Source: Porphyridium purpureum
Taxonomy: Eukaryota
DNA: 64,000 nt
NCBI GenBank assembly: GCA_008690995.1
Contig: VRMN01000011.1
Coordinates: 62,001 to 126,000, forward strand
Direction of reading: 5' to 3'
A program made the translations under genes and the position numbers. This document shows positions 10,769 to 21,043 of this stretch, one piece after another. How positions within the stretch are numbered: position 1 is the first letter of the stretch; the number at the start of each line of letters is the position of its first letter. The notes beneath the pieces are model-generated. The model was not told where the DNA came from and made no database searches. It saw only the letters and a list, made by a program, of their open reading frames with translations.

Positions 10769-10954
10769 TCTGTTGTACGAGTGCACTTTGGCACGTGCGC
10801 AGACGCTTGCTACGTTGTTGGATCGCACGCTGGGACAGGGGCATGCGTTTAGACATTGATTCTGTCTTGCGATCGAGGGCCTGCCCCTCGAATGCGAAAG
10901 CTCAACTCTCGTTTATAAATCTGTTCCTTTCGCTTTGAAAAGCAGCAAAGAAAG

Positions 10955-11536
10955 TTAAAGGTTGTCCTCGAAGAATGCCGTAACGACGTACAGCAAAGTC
11001 CAAAACACGGCGAGCCATGGAATGATTGCCCTGTTTGCCGATTCTCTCGCCACATCCCAAAGCATGGTAAGGATGCCCAATACCGTGAGCACCGAGCCTA
11101 CGTACTGAGGATGACTCACCACATTGAAAGGAAATCCATGACACCATGGCACGGGCTTGCCGAGCCGAACGCCGTAGTACACGCCTGGCTTCCCGATCGC
11201 CATGTAGATTGCCACGTTCAGCACCTGTCCGACCACAAGCATCGTGGCAGCGGCCAAGCTCATATAGAGTGTGGGAAGGTGCAGTTGCTTGTAATCCAGC
11301 ACAACCAGCACCCACTGCAACAACGCGCCCAGCTGCACGAGCTTGATCAGGGACGCGGCAGACGCAAAGGCGTCGACGGGGTGCGTTTTGTGCCCAAAGT
11401 AGCGCTGCACAAACGCCTGGAAGCGCGGCGGGTTGGTCCACACCACATAGTACACCACGTGCGGGAGCGCCGCCGCCGCAAACAGCGCAACCGTCAGCAT
11501 GTAGGGCACAAACGCAGGCTCCTCAATCTCCCTCAT
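10955..11536 (-). CDS. Phospholipid N-methyltransferase (PLMT/PEMT family)
   Basis: Multiple TM helices; GQVLN, GVYYGVRLGK..PW..GFPF...HPQYVGS. Confidence 0.88.
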   Translation of the reverse strand: MREIEEPAFVPYMLTVALFAAAALPHVVYYVVWTNPPRFQAFVQRYFGHKTHPVDAFASAASLIKLVQLGALLQWVLVVLDYKQLHLPTLYMSLAAATMLVVGQVLNVAIYMAIGKPGVYYGVRLGKPVPWCHGFPFNVVSHPQYVGSVLTVLGILTMLWDVARESANRAIIPWLAVFWTLLYVVTAFFEDNL

Positions 11537-11716
11537 TCTATCCACTAACTTTGATCCGACAACACACCGTTTCAGTCCTCGGCGATCCGTCAATACCGTG
11601 GATGCGACGAGAGCGTCGGTCGACACGATTCAGTGAGCAAGCTGCAAAGTGATGCTTGTCCGCCGAATGCTGTCGGGCTCCGAACGGTGGTGTGCGATCA
11701 GAGGAGAGCCGCACGT

Positions 11717-13183
11717 ATGATGTGGCGATGGCTTCGGTCATGGAAGCTGCCATGGGGCCAGGTTGATGAAGAGACGGCCTCGATCATTCGAGGCACCAAG
11801 CGCGCGATGAGCTCGTCGCCGACGTCGTTTGGCACAGGGGCGATTGGACCAAAGCGGATACGCGGCAACACGCAGGAATCACGAGAGTTGATGACTGTGG
11901 ATGGCGCGCAGGGTGAAGGCGGTGGACAAGTGCTTCGATATGCCATGACATGCAGTGCGCTTACTGGAATCCCCGTGCGCGTGATCAATATTCGCGCGAA
12001 TCGGCCCAAAGGTGGTGGGCTACGCGCGCAGCATTTGGAGAGCGCAAAGATTGTGGCAGAGCTGACGGGAGGCTGCTTTTTGGAGAAATCGCTCACTGAA
12101 GGGTCGACAGAGCTGGTGTTTGATCCTCGTGGCTCAGCGGCGAGCCTTTCGGGCCGTGGCTCAGCGGCGAGCCTTTCGGGCCGTGGCACTCGCCGGGGCG
12201 GCGAAATTCAAGGTCATGCATCGACCGCGGCGTCCATCACACTAATGTTGCAGGCGGCTCTCATTCCGGCGTACATGCGCTCAACGGAAAATGACCCGGT
12301 TGTTCTGCGCCTCCAAGGAGGCACAGACGTAGCGTTTGCACCTTTGCTAGACTATGTTTAGCATGTCGTGGGACCCATGGTGCGTCATTTCGGTATCCAT
12401 TTGGACGTGAAGTGCAGAAGAGTGGGGTATTATCCTCGCGGTGGTGGCAGTGTACGGGCGACCGTGTCGCGTACGAGTGCGGGCCGGGAGCGCCTGCAGG
12501 GCGTCCAACTTGTTGGGGGCCGTGATCCGGCGCGAAAGGTTGAGTTTGTGCACGTGCACGGCTACTTTGCCGGCAGGCCGATTCCACAAGATACAGCCGA
12601 AGGCGTCATCACGTTGATAGAGCATCACATGAAGGAGGAGCTGTGCGAATTTGAGAACAAGCAGGATGAGTTCCACAAGTACGATGAGCGCCTTTTGCAG
12701 CTTAGTCGTGCGCCGTACGAAATCAACTTTCGGCGCCCGCTCCCGGACTCCCTCAAGGACGTTGGGTACGGCATTGTGGCTGCAGTTGGGTACAATGACG
12801 GATCCGTCGTAGGAGCTGACTGCCTGTCTGACAAGTTCGAATTTGACACTGTTGTGGTTTGGAGGAAGGTTGACGATGATCTGGAAAGGCTGACTGCCAC
12901 GATTTTAAATGACGTAATGGCCGGCGCGACTGTCGATATACACATGGCGGATATGTGTGTCCCGCTCATGATGGCCGCAGAAGGCACTTCAGCGGTGCTG
13001 TTTCGGGGCCCTCCCAGCTCGCACCTCGAAACTGCCGTGCGTATCGCCTCTCAATTTGGAGGCAAGTTCTCCATGAAAGAGCTCATTCCCGCGGCCACTG
13101 AGCACTGTCCCGGCTGGCCAGGAAATCACAAGGTTGGCGCCCTCTGGGAGCTGCGCTGTGAGGGACTCGGCCTGAGCTTTTGA
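11717..13183 (+). CDS. rtcA: RNA 3'-terminal phosphate cyclase interrupted by one in-frame TAG at 12359-12361 (readthrough, nonsense allele or sequence error)
   Basis: DGAQGEGGGQVLR, NIRANRP..GLRAQH, GGTDV..AP..DY*, GYYPRGGG, VDIHMAD and the catalytic-His region SSHLET. ORFs 11633..12361 and 12368..13183 share one frame. Confidence 0.85.
12128..12187 (+). repeat. Perfect 27-bp tandem duplication within rtcA (RGSAASLSG x2)
   Basis: cgtggctcagcggcgagcctttcgggc at 12128 and 12155, plus a partial third copy. Confidence 0.95.
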
Positions 13184-13314
13184 CACATAACGTGGAAGGG
13201 AAACAGACACGCATGCTTTCTTTCTTCACGATGGAAAGACCTGAGAGATGAGAAAACGTAAATCTGGTCCGTAAACGTTTCATTCCGCATCCAATACATA
13301 CTCTTCTGTTGCAT

Positions 13315-14919
13315 TTATTTCTTATCTTTCTTCAGCTTCTTCGCACTTTTCTTCGCGCTGCTCGACTGCGGTGTCGGCAGTGTGGCGTCCTCGTCGTCCG
13401 CCTTGCGCTTCTTCGCCTTTTTTCTCTCCTCCGTATTGGGCGTGGATGCTGCAAATTGCGATTCAACCACTCCGTCCGCATGGACGTCTCCGTTCTCGAC
13501 CGCATCCTTCTTCTTCTTGCTCTTCTTCGGCGTCTTCTCGACCACGGCACCTGGCGCCACGCTACCCAGAGCTGAGTGCGCTTCAGCTACGGCCTCTTTC
13601 ATGACGTCCAAATTGCGGCGCGGCTGCGAGCCGGTTTCGTAAAAGTGCAGTCTGTCCTCGACCTGTTGACGCAACTTGATTCCAAACACATTCGAAACGC
13701 CGGTTTCATCTCCCGCGCCATAATCGCCAAAGCAGTCAATACGCGACGCAATCGTGCACTTGTTCGCGAGGTACCTGGAGATGCGGCCCTTGTTTTTCGC
13801 CTTTGCGCGGCCGATATAGGTCGTGTTGAACAGCAAGCCGTACTTGGGTGTCTTGCCTTTGGTCTTCAGCGCCCGAAACAGTGCCTTTTCCGCGCCCAGA
13901 ATCTGGACAGTTGACGCGGGATACTTGGCTAGGTTCGTGAGCGAGCCGGCGTGGGATATCAGACGGGCCGCCACACTATCTCCGATCAACGCGCGCAGGT
14001 TTGGCGCCACAATGCTCATCTTGTGCTCCAAGTATGCTTGAAGCTGCGTACGATACTCGGCAAGTTCGACGACGCGACGAGCAAACTGCTCAATGTTGAG
14101 CATGTCAATGTCCGACACGTCCGTACCCATGCTGGATCGCGCTGCATGCAGAATGTCGTCCACCACGGCATCGTCCTTCACTTTCTCCAGCAGCAGGGGT
14201 CGTAGCGTGCTCTCCTGCATAGTACTCTTATTCTTGATGATCCCTACCACCGCTGCGTACGACATGTTGTCCGGCACGATCCTGATCAGCTCCGGAAAGT
14301 GCCACGAGTACCACTCGCGCACGCGCATCGCAAACGTGTTCACGTCCTTGTCCAGCTGATCGAGCAACGCGATTGCCTGAATAATCATGTTATCAGACCG
14401 ATGCACATTGAATTTGACCTTCGATCTCGAATACGCATGCGCGAGGCCGCGCTGCGCCTTTTCCAAGTCACCCGGTTTGAGCTGTCCCAGCAATTTATCA
14501 AAGTTTGAGCGCGCCGCGCGCAGGAACTCGTGCACCCGCTCATTAGACTCCACAGCCACGCCAGTGCCTAGCGCTTCCTGAATGGCCGCGCCCAATTTTG
14601 GCTCGGCGACGCCGAGCGCGACGCGCGTCTTACTTTTCTTTGCGTCCTTCTTCCCGACGGGCAGATTTGCGAGCAGCACGTCAAGGAGGTACTCATGCGC
14701 GACGCCCTCCGATACGGCCGCGATATTTTCCAACGCGTCTGCGGCCGTGCGGAACGGCGCAAATGCTTTCAAGCGCGCGACTTGCGCAAAGCGCGCGGCG
14801 GACGTCGACAGCTGCGCCACATCTTCTGCCGTGCTTGCCGCGAGATCAAACCCGCTCCCTGACGCCTCGCCCGCCTCCAGCAGGACATACCCAGACGCAG
14901 ACTCTAGCAGCACGTACAT
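13315..14919 (-). CDS. NOP56: Nucleolar protein 56 (box C/D snoRNP)
   Basis: LAHAYSRSKVKFNVHRSDNMIIQAIALLDQLDKDVNTFAMRVREWYSWHFPEL, AKYPASTVQILGAEKALFRALKT, K-rich tail. ATG at 14919. Confidence 0.95.
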   Translation of the reverse strand: MYVLLESASGYVLLEAGEASGSGFDLAASTAEDVAQLSTSAARFAQVARLKAFAPFRTAADALENIAAVSEGVAHEYLLDVLLANLPVGKKDAKKSKTRVALGVAEPKLGAAIQEALGTGVAVESNERVHEFLRAARSNFDKLLGQLKPGDLEKAQRGLAHAYSRSKVKFNVHRSDNMIIQAIALLDQLDKDVNTFAMRVREWYSWHFPELIRIVPDNMSYAAVVGIIKNKSTMQESTLRPLLLEKVKDDAVVDDILHAARSSMGTDVSDIDMLNIEQFARRVVELAEYRTQLQAYLEHKMSIVAPNLRALIGDSVAARLISHAGSLTNLAKYPASTVQILGAEKALFRALKTKGKTPKYGLLFNTTYIGRAKAKNKGRISRYLANKCTIASRIDCFGDYGAGDETGVSNVFGIKLRQQVEDRLHFYETGSQPRRNLDVMKEAVAEAHSALGSVAPGAVVEKTPKKSKKKKDAVENGDVHADGVVESQFAASTPNTEERKKAKKRKADDEDATLPTPQSSSAKKSAKKLKKDKK

Positions 14920-15075
14920 CGCACCGCCCCCACCACCACCCACCCACCCGCCACCCCCACCAACCTCTTTCGCCTTCCCTCCTCCTCCTCCTTCATCCTT
15001 CCCCCGACACCCACGCCGCCGCGTTCCGCGTTTTTTTCTGCGGCTGCGTAGACTGTACCGCACTGTACTTCAGTC

Positions 15076-15108
15076 TAACCCTAGAGTTTACAAGTGGGAA
15101 ACCCTAAA
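15076..15108. promoter_or_regulatory. Telo-box elements upstream of NOP56
   Basis: TAACCCTAG at 15076 and AAACCCTAAA at 15099, 160-190 bp from the NOP56 ATG. Confidence 0.6.
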
Positions 15109-15826
15109 ATCATCCCTGAGCTCATGCGCTAACGCGCCGCTGGTACATGCACGCGGGCGTGTGAGAAGCAGCGGTACGGCGCCGCATGCGGCTGGTGTCG
15201 ACAGGGATATGAGATGTGGACAGACAATATGTACACGCACGGCAGTCACGCTGCACGACGGCAGATGAGAACCAGTGCGGACCACGCATGTGGACGCGCC
15301 CCGACTGGGCACTTGAAAGCGCGCCGCAGCAAGCTGTGGTGTCCGTCCAGCGTCCAGTGCTCCTACAGGCTTCACGTCGCCAAGGACGCCCGCGGGTAGA
15401 ACTACCGGAGTCTGCCGGAAAGGCAACCGCATGTGCGGGTTACATACCGCGCTCAGCCGCAGAACCACACAGCGCCTCACATACACACAGAGCCACCGCG
15501 CGGAGACCTTCCGTGTCGCGGTTGACGGTGGTCGTCGACACACATTTCGCGCGCCGGCACGCACACACAAGCTCGCTTGCCGAAGACATGTGACTGCCCA
15601 AGCCACTGCGTCGAGCGAATCGGAGACCGTCTTCGTCTCGGCAGACCCGATCCATGCATCGCATCGAGGTACAGTTAGTACAGTTCGCGTTTCGCTACGT
15701 GCTGGCGGTTTTTGTTTTCATAGACGCGCGGGCGCGGATTTTAATGATGGTTGGGCGATCGGTGAGAGGAAGGGGGAAGAGGGAAGGGAGAGAGGGTGAG
15801 GGAGAGAGTGGGAGTGGTGCGGAAGG

Positions 15827-17410
15827 ATGGTGGAGAAGATGATGGAGGAGGATCGGCCGTCGGCGGCGGCGGAAGGGCTGGAAGTCGACGCGGCGACGGT
15901 GAAGGGGGTGGCGGAGCTGCTGGAGAAGGTGAGCGCCGCGACGCTGAAGCGCGTGCTGGAGGAGCTCATGGCCATGGAGCGAGCGCAGCGCGTCGCGGCA
16001 AACGCCGCCGAGACCGCGTTTATTTGCGCCGCGGTCGTCACGGCGTGCGTCAAGGTGGGCGATTGGAACGCGCTGAACGCAAATGTTGTCGCGCTGAGCA
16101 AGCGCCGCGCACAGCTCAAGCAGGCAGTCGTCAAGATGGTGCAGGCCGCCATGGAGCAAGGGCTGGATTTCGCCCCGGACATGGAAGCCAAGGTGGCGCT
16201 CATCGAGACTCTGCGCGAGGTGTGCTCGGGGAAGATCTACGTCGAGCTCGAGGAAGCCCGCTTGACCAGAATGATCGCGGACATTTACGAGGCGCGCGGC
16301 GAGGTGGTCAAGGCCGCTGATATCATGCAAGACATGCAGGTCGAGACGTACGGTAGCATGGAGCGGAGGGAAAAGACCGACTTCATTTTAGAGCAGGTGC
16401 GTCTTTGCCTGATGAAGAAGGACTACGTGCGCGCAGGCATCATTGTCAACAAGATCATGCCCCGCACGCTTGCGCATGACGATATGTTTGACTTGCGCTT
16501 GCGCTACTATGCGCTTTTGGCCGAAATCCAGGCGTACAACGTCGACATGCTGGAGATCTGCCGCTGCTTCTTGTCACGCTTTGAATCGATGAGCAAACAG
16601 AAACAGATTGCTGACAGCAAGAAGAACGAGGACGCGGCCGAAGCGGACGAGTCGTCCGCCATGGTCACTGACAAGAAAGGCGCCGAGGCGAAAGGCAATG
16701 ATACGGCTGTTCCCACGTTTGATCCGGCATTGTACAACGAAGCCGCCCAAACGCAAGAGCTGCGGCTGGTCGTGATTTTCCTCGCATTTGCCGAGCACGG
16801 ACCAATGCAGTCAGATCTACTGCACCGCGTGTGCGGGATGCGGCAGGTGCAAGATCTGAATCTGCTAGCAGAAATCCTCAAGCAGTTTACCACCGAAGAA
16901 ATTGTTCGCTGGTCCACGGTCGAGAAGCTGTACAAACACGAGTTTGAGCAGGCTTTTGGCATTTTTTGCTCGGCACTTATCAACAAGGACCAGGTCGTGA
17001 CGAGCAAGTTCAAGTGGGAGGACGTCTTGCGCGACCGTATTACGGAGCACAATCTGCGCGTACTCAGCAAGTATTACTCGCGCCTCCGCCTGGATCGCAT
17101 GGCTGAGCTCCTCGATTTGTCTGTTGACGCAGCAGAGCAGCGACTTGCGGCCCAGGTGGCGGACAAAAAGGCACTCGATGCGAAGATCGACCGCCCCAAG
17201 GGGACAGTCACGTTCAAGAAGCAAAAGGTCGCAGACGCGAGTCTGAATGACTGGGCTAACTCAGTCAGCAAGGTGCTCGAGCTTGTTGAAAACACCTGTC
17301 ACCTTGTCAACAAGGAAATTGTGATCAAACAGGCTATGGGCGCGGCCGCCGAGCCGTCGTCATCGTCTGACCAACAAGGTCGTACTGAAAGCACAAGTGC
17401 AATGACGTAA
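15827..17410 (+). CDS. RPN5: 26S proteasome lid subunit RPN5/PSMD12
   Basis: LSKRRAQLKQAV, GKIYVELEEARLT, QVETYGSM, FILEQVRLC, PCI domain RITEHNLRVLSKYYSR, AKIDRP. Confidence 0.95.
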   Translation: MVEKMMEEDRPSAAAEGLEVDAATVKGVAELLEKVSAATLKRVLEELMAMERAQRVAANAAETAFICAAVVTACVKVGDWNALNANVVALSKRRAQLKQAVVKMVQAAMEQGLDFAPDMEAKVALIETLREVCSGKIYVELEEARLTRMIADIYEARGEVVKAADIMQDMQVETYGSMERREKTDFILEQVRLCLMKKDYVRAGIIVNKIMPRTLAHDDMFDLRLRYYALLAEIQAYNVDMLEICRCFLSRFESMSKQKQIADSKKNEDAAEADESSAMVTDKKGAEAKGNDTAVPTFDPALYNEAAQTQELRLVVIFLAFAEHGPMQSDLLHRVCGMRQVQDLNLLAEILKQFTTEEIVRWSTVEKLYKHEFEQAFGIFCSALINKDQVVTSKFKWEDVLRDRITEHNLRVLSKYYSRLRLDRMAELLDLSVDAAEQRLAAQVADKKALDAKIDRPKGTVTFKKQKVADASLNDWANSVSKVLELVENTCHLVNKEIVIKQAMGAAAEPSSSSDQQGRTESTSAMT

Positions 17411-17693
17411 ACTAGAAACGATAAAGGACAGAAAACCAAGGTGTACATGTCGAGCGCGGATTCCGTCAGCCGCAGCATTCTTCTATTCGAGAAGACTTGC
17501 TCAATTGCTCTGGGTGTCTTTTTGTTTGGTGTCCCTCCAGCAGAAAAGCCCAATCCGCATGGGTTGCTTTTGTCAACGGCACGTACAGACCTGAACCAAT
17601 GATGCCATCCGAGCAGACGTCCCAGCGAAGTTTCAACCAATGTCTTGGGCTGGACTATGTACGCGGCACTACTCTTCTTGCTGTCTTCAGATG

Positions 17694-19460
17694 TTAAGCC
17701 ACGCTAGCCCACCTTACTCGCTCGGAAAGCAAGGATGCGCCTGTTCTTGCCGCCAATAGATCCATTTCTACATCACGCGCGTAGCGCCGAATCGCCTTGC
17801 AGTACACCACACCCTTGCCCAAAACGAACGATGGCTCCGAACTAGCGTCGCTGCCCTCCCTCGAGTCACCAGCAGAACTGCTCGCGACAAACGTAGGTTC
17901 ATACAGAAGACCTGGTATATGCGCGATGGACACAATCCGGCGCTGAGCAGGATCTGGGAATAGCGCTTCTACAGTGCGATATACGAGATCCCGGTCCGAG
18001 CTGAAAAACTCGAGCCGGAAGGAATCGCAGCGCGCAGAGGGAATTCTCAAGATGCGCTTCAAAATACAGTCGCGCCCGACGACGTTCACGAGCTCGGGTA
18101 GTCGTGCTCCGTCTATTCCTGGAGCCAAGCAAAGGCGGCCTTCCACTGCAACAACAAATAATGCCCCCAAACGCTCAGTTCTTCGCGAGCCTAGGAGTTC
18201 ACCAACGGCAATGCGTTCGCCCGTCGCAGACACCACCCGCACGCTCGCGTCCATGTCAGGTGCTAGTTCAGTGCATACAAGCACCGCGTCAAAATCGACG
18301 TTCTGCATGAACGAGCCATCCGGTTGACGAACTGTCAGCCTATGCTGCTTTCCCGTTGAGCCGGAGAAGTGCATGGCCGTGACTGTATGTCCAAGCTTCA
18401 CCTCGGCGCCTTGGGTCAAAAAGCTGCACAGCCGCCGAGCGCTCCCAACACCGAAGGCGCACTGCAATGGTGCGGTGGCAAGAGGATCCATGCGCGCCAT
18501 GGCAAGAAATGTAAGAAGCGAACTTATAACATCGAGTTCTGGCAGTGAGGCGGGACTGAGACCCATTTCAACATGAGCTGGCAAAATAATATCGTTCTGG
18601 TACTGCTCGCTCGCTCGAGTGTCACGTATGAGCGTGGCAGCAGATCGGTGCACCACGCGATCAAGGTCGGCGCCCTTCCATACTTGCGCCATGTTTGTGC
18701 AAAACATTCCCACTTTGAAACGTTCTAGCTGGCGCACAGCATCCACAGAGCCCACCTGTGCGCCGTGCGCAACCGCCACGGCCACACCATACCGCCAGAC
18801 GCATCGCATCAACCCGTACCCGAAACTGAGCGACGAGAAGATCCTACGCAGGATACCGTGAGGCGTTATGACGGCAACATACGCCAGACAGAAGCACTTT
18901 AGCAGAGCCAACAATCGCTCAAAAATTCCCGGACTGTGTAGCCAAGCTCGATATGCCACATATGCAGTGAAAAGCCACACGACTGCCACCAAAAGAACAT
19001 GAAAGGCACGGGCCGCGTACCGAGCCCAGTGCACAGTACGCCAGCTCGACATAATCTTGGACCACCAGCGCATTATCGGGATCAGCAGCAGGGGCACGGT
19101 CGAGAACACTATCTGAGCCCGATCCCAGTCGAAAACTCCAAACGACGTGTCGACTTGGAGCGTCTCGACATTGCCCGCCGCTGTCACCAGAGAGCACAAA
19201 ATGCCACCTCGCGTGAACCGCACCATGCGTCCAACATGCTGATCACTTATAGCATGTCCGCCTAACGCGTGCGACTCTTCAAACAGAACCACTGTGTGCG
19301 GATGCGAGGGCCACGCCGAACTTTCTCTTTCGTGCCCTTGCAACTGACCGCCTACCGAGTTCGTCGACGCAGCCTGTGCGACGTCAGCGGCCAACACTTG
19401 ATTCACATAGTACACAGCCGCACATCCTTGAAGTCCGCCTCCAATGACGGCGATCTTCAT
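17694..19460 (-). CDS. FAD-dependent oxidoreductase with TM segments, prenylcysteine-oxidase-like
   Basis: MKIAVIGGGLQG Rossmann motif, LFE....LGG, central TM helices, C-terminal EM...AAR..A.L. Confidence 0.65.
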   Translation of the reverse strand: MKIAVIGGGLQGCAAVYYVNQVLAADVAQAASTNSVGGQLQGHERESSAWPSHPHTVVLFEESHALGGHAISDQHVGRMVRFTRGGILCSLVTAAGNVETLQVDTSFGVFDWDRAQIVFSTVPLLLIPIMRWWSKIMSSWRTVHWARYAARAFHVLLVAVVWLFTAYVAYRAWLHSPGIFERLLALLKCFCLAYVAVITPHGILRRIFSSLSFGYGLMRCVWRYGVAVAVAHGAQVGSVDAVRQLERFKVGMFCTNMAQVWKGADLDRVVHRSAATLIRDTRASEQYQNDIILPAHVEMGLSPASLPELDVISSLLTFLAMARMDPLATAPLQCAFGVGSARRLCSFLTQGAEVKLGHTVTAMHFSGSTGKQHRLTVRQPDGSFMQNVDFDAVLVCTELAPDMDASVRVVSATGERIAVGELLGSRRTERLGALFVVAVEGRLCLAPGIDGARLPELVNVVGRDCILKRILRIPSARCDSFRLEFFSSDRDLVYRTVEALFPDPAQRRIVSIAHIPGLLYEPTFVASSSAGDSREGSDASSEPSFVLGKGVVYCKAIRRYARDVEMDLLAARTGASLLSERVRWASVA

Positions 19461-20025
19461 TGAACTTTGCGACAACGCCGCAGGAGCCGTCCGCTAAGAC
19501 TTGTTCGTCGATTTATGTGATCGCACTCAAACTGCACCCCACATTGCATCACAAGGGCGAGAATTTTATTCCCTTTTTCGTTGTTTTTCGGTCTAGGGGT
19601 CTCACTACAAGTGCGACTTGGACGTTGCAGAGCGCCACTGCACATGTTACGCCACAACGACAGACCATTCACTTTGGTGAACGCAGGCAGCGGCCAAAAA
19701 CTTTCTGAGGTGCGAGGGATTCCCTGCGCAAGGATCAGCCAGACCCTGGTCGAGCGTGTTCTCAGCCAGCGCGGGCTTGGTGCGCTCACCCGGAATCGCG
19801 GTTGTAGCGATCTGCCGTGGCAATTTTCCTTCGACGTGTACTGAATCGTGTATCGCGTCTCTGTCATACAGCGCACTCCCAACGATTTCTCCACGTCGCA
19901 GCTGCACGAATTGTAAAGTTCCTATAAAACAAGCCCATTTTCATATAAAACGTAGAGCTTAAGATATTTCACCGCGTTTTTTCTTTGATTTTGAAGGTCA
20001 GACGAGCTTCAGTTGGAGAGAGCGG

Positions 20026-20033
20026 TATATAAA
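20026..20033 (+). promoter_or_regulatory. Candidate TATA box of the peroxiredoxin gene
   Basis: TATATAAA about 180 bp upstream of ATG 20207 in GC-rich DNA. Confidence 0.5.
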
Positions 20034-20206
20034 CAAGGAAGCGAGCCGGGCCGGACAAGTTTGTCAGACCAGATTCGCCGTGCTGCCAGGGTGTGAGAAC
20101 GTGCAGAGCGCGAGGATATCGAAAGGTTGGGAGCTGTGAACGGGCCGAAAATATTGGACCTACAGGAAGAGAAAGTAGACTTGGAGTGTGAGGGACAAAC
20201 GGAAAG

Positions 20207-20884
20207 ATGGGTCTGTTGCTGGGCGATGAGCTTCCGGACTTGACGGTGCCGACGACGGCGGGCGTGATGAAGCTGCACGATTTCGCGGCCGGTTCGTGGC
20301 TCATGGTGTGTTCGCACCCGGCGACGTGGACGCCGGTGTGCACGACGGAGCTGGGGCGCTTGGCGCAGCTGCAGTCCGAGTTTGACAAGCGTGGCGTAAA
20401 GGTGATGGGCATTTCGTGCGACCGCGTCGAGGATGATGCGGAGTGGATCAAGGATATTGAGACGTGGATGGCCGGCTCGGGCGGATGTAAAGTGACGTTC
20501 CCGATTATTGGCGACACTGACCGCTCCGTTGCAAAAGCCTTCGGCATGATCCAGACAGAGCACCCCAGCGACTCGGCCGGCATGCCAATGACTGTCCGCA
20601 ATGTGTTCATTTTTGGCCCGGACAAGAAGCTCAAGCTGACCATCACGTACCCTGCCAGCTGCGGTCGCAACTTTGACGAGATCATCCGCACGATCGACTC
20701 GTTGCAGACCACCACGGGCAAGTCTGTGGCGACGCCCGTCGATTGGAAGGTCGGTGATGCTTGTATCATCCTGCCGTCGGTCTCGGACGAAGCAGCCGCC
20801 GAAAAGTTCCCTCAGGGCTGGAAGACGGCCGATCTGCCGTCCGGGAAAAAGTACCTGCGCATTGTCGAAATGCCGAAAGAATAA
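20207..20884 (+). CDS. PRDX6: 1-Cys peroxiredoxin (Prx6 family)
   Basis: SHPA..TPVCTTELG, YPASCGRNFDEI, VATPVDW, LPSGKKYLR. Confidence 0.95.
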   Translation: MGLLLGDELPDLTVPTTAGVMKLHDFAAGSWLMVCSHPATWTPVCTTELGRLAQLQSEFDKRGVKVMGISCDRVEDDAEWIKDIETWMAGSGGCKVTFPIIGDTDRSVAKAFGMIQTEHPSDSAGMPMTVRNVFIFGPDKKLKLTITYPASCGRNFDEIIRTIDSLQTTTGKSVATPVDWKVGDACIILPSVSDEAAAEKFPQGWKTADLPSGKKYLRIVEMPKE

Positions 20885-21043
20885 TCAGCCTGGACGTTTG
20901 CGTTTCTTCATTGTCGCCGCGCCGCTTCGGTCGCATGGCGCGCGACTTGCTCTAAATCTCGTGAACAGTCCGTCGTCCAGTATCCGACACGGGTAAGCTT
21001 TCGTTAATGCCGTATCAGTAGAGGATTGAGAACCTGAAACTCA

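Noticed and set aside
12329..12361. Possible 33-nt GT..AG intron removing the rtcA TAG
   Set aside because: It would delete the conserved V..AP..DY segment, and the donor GTAGCG is poor.
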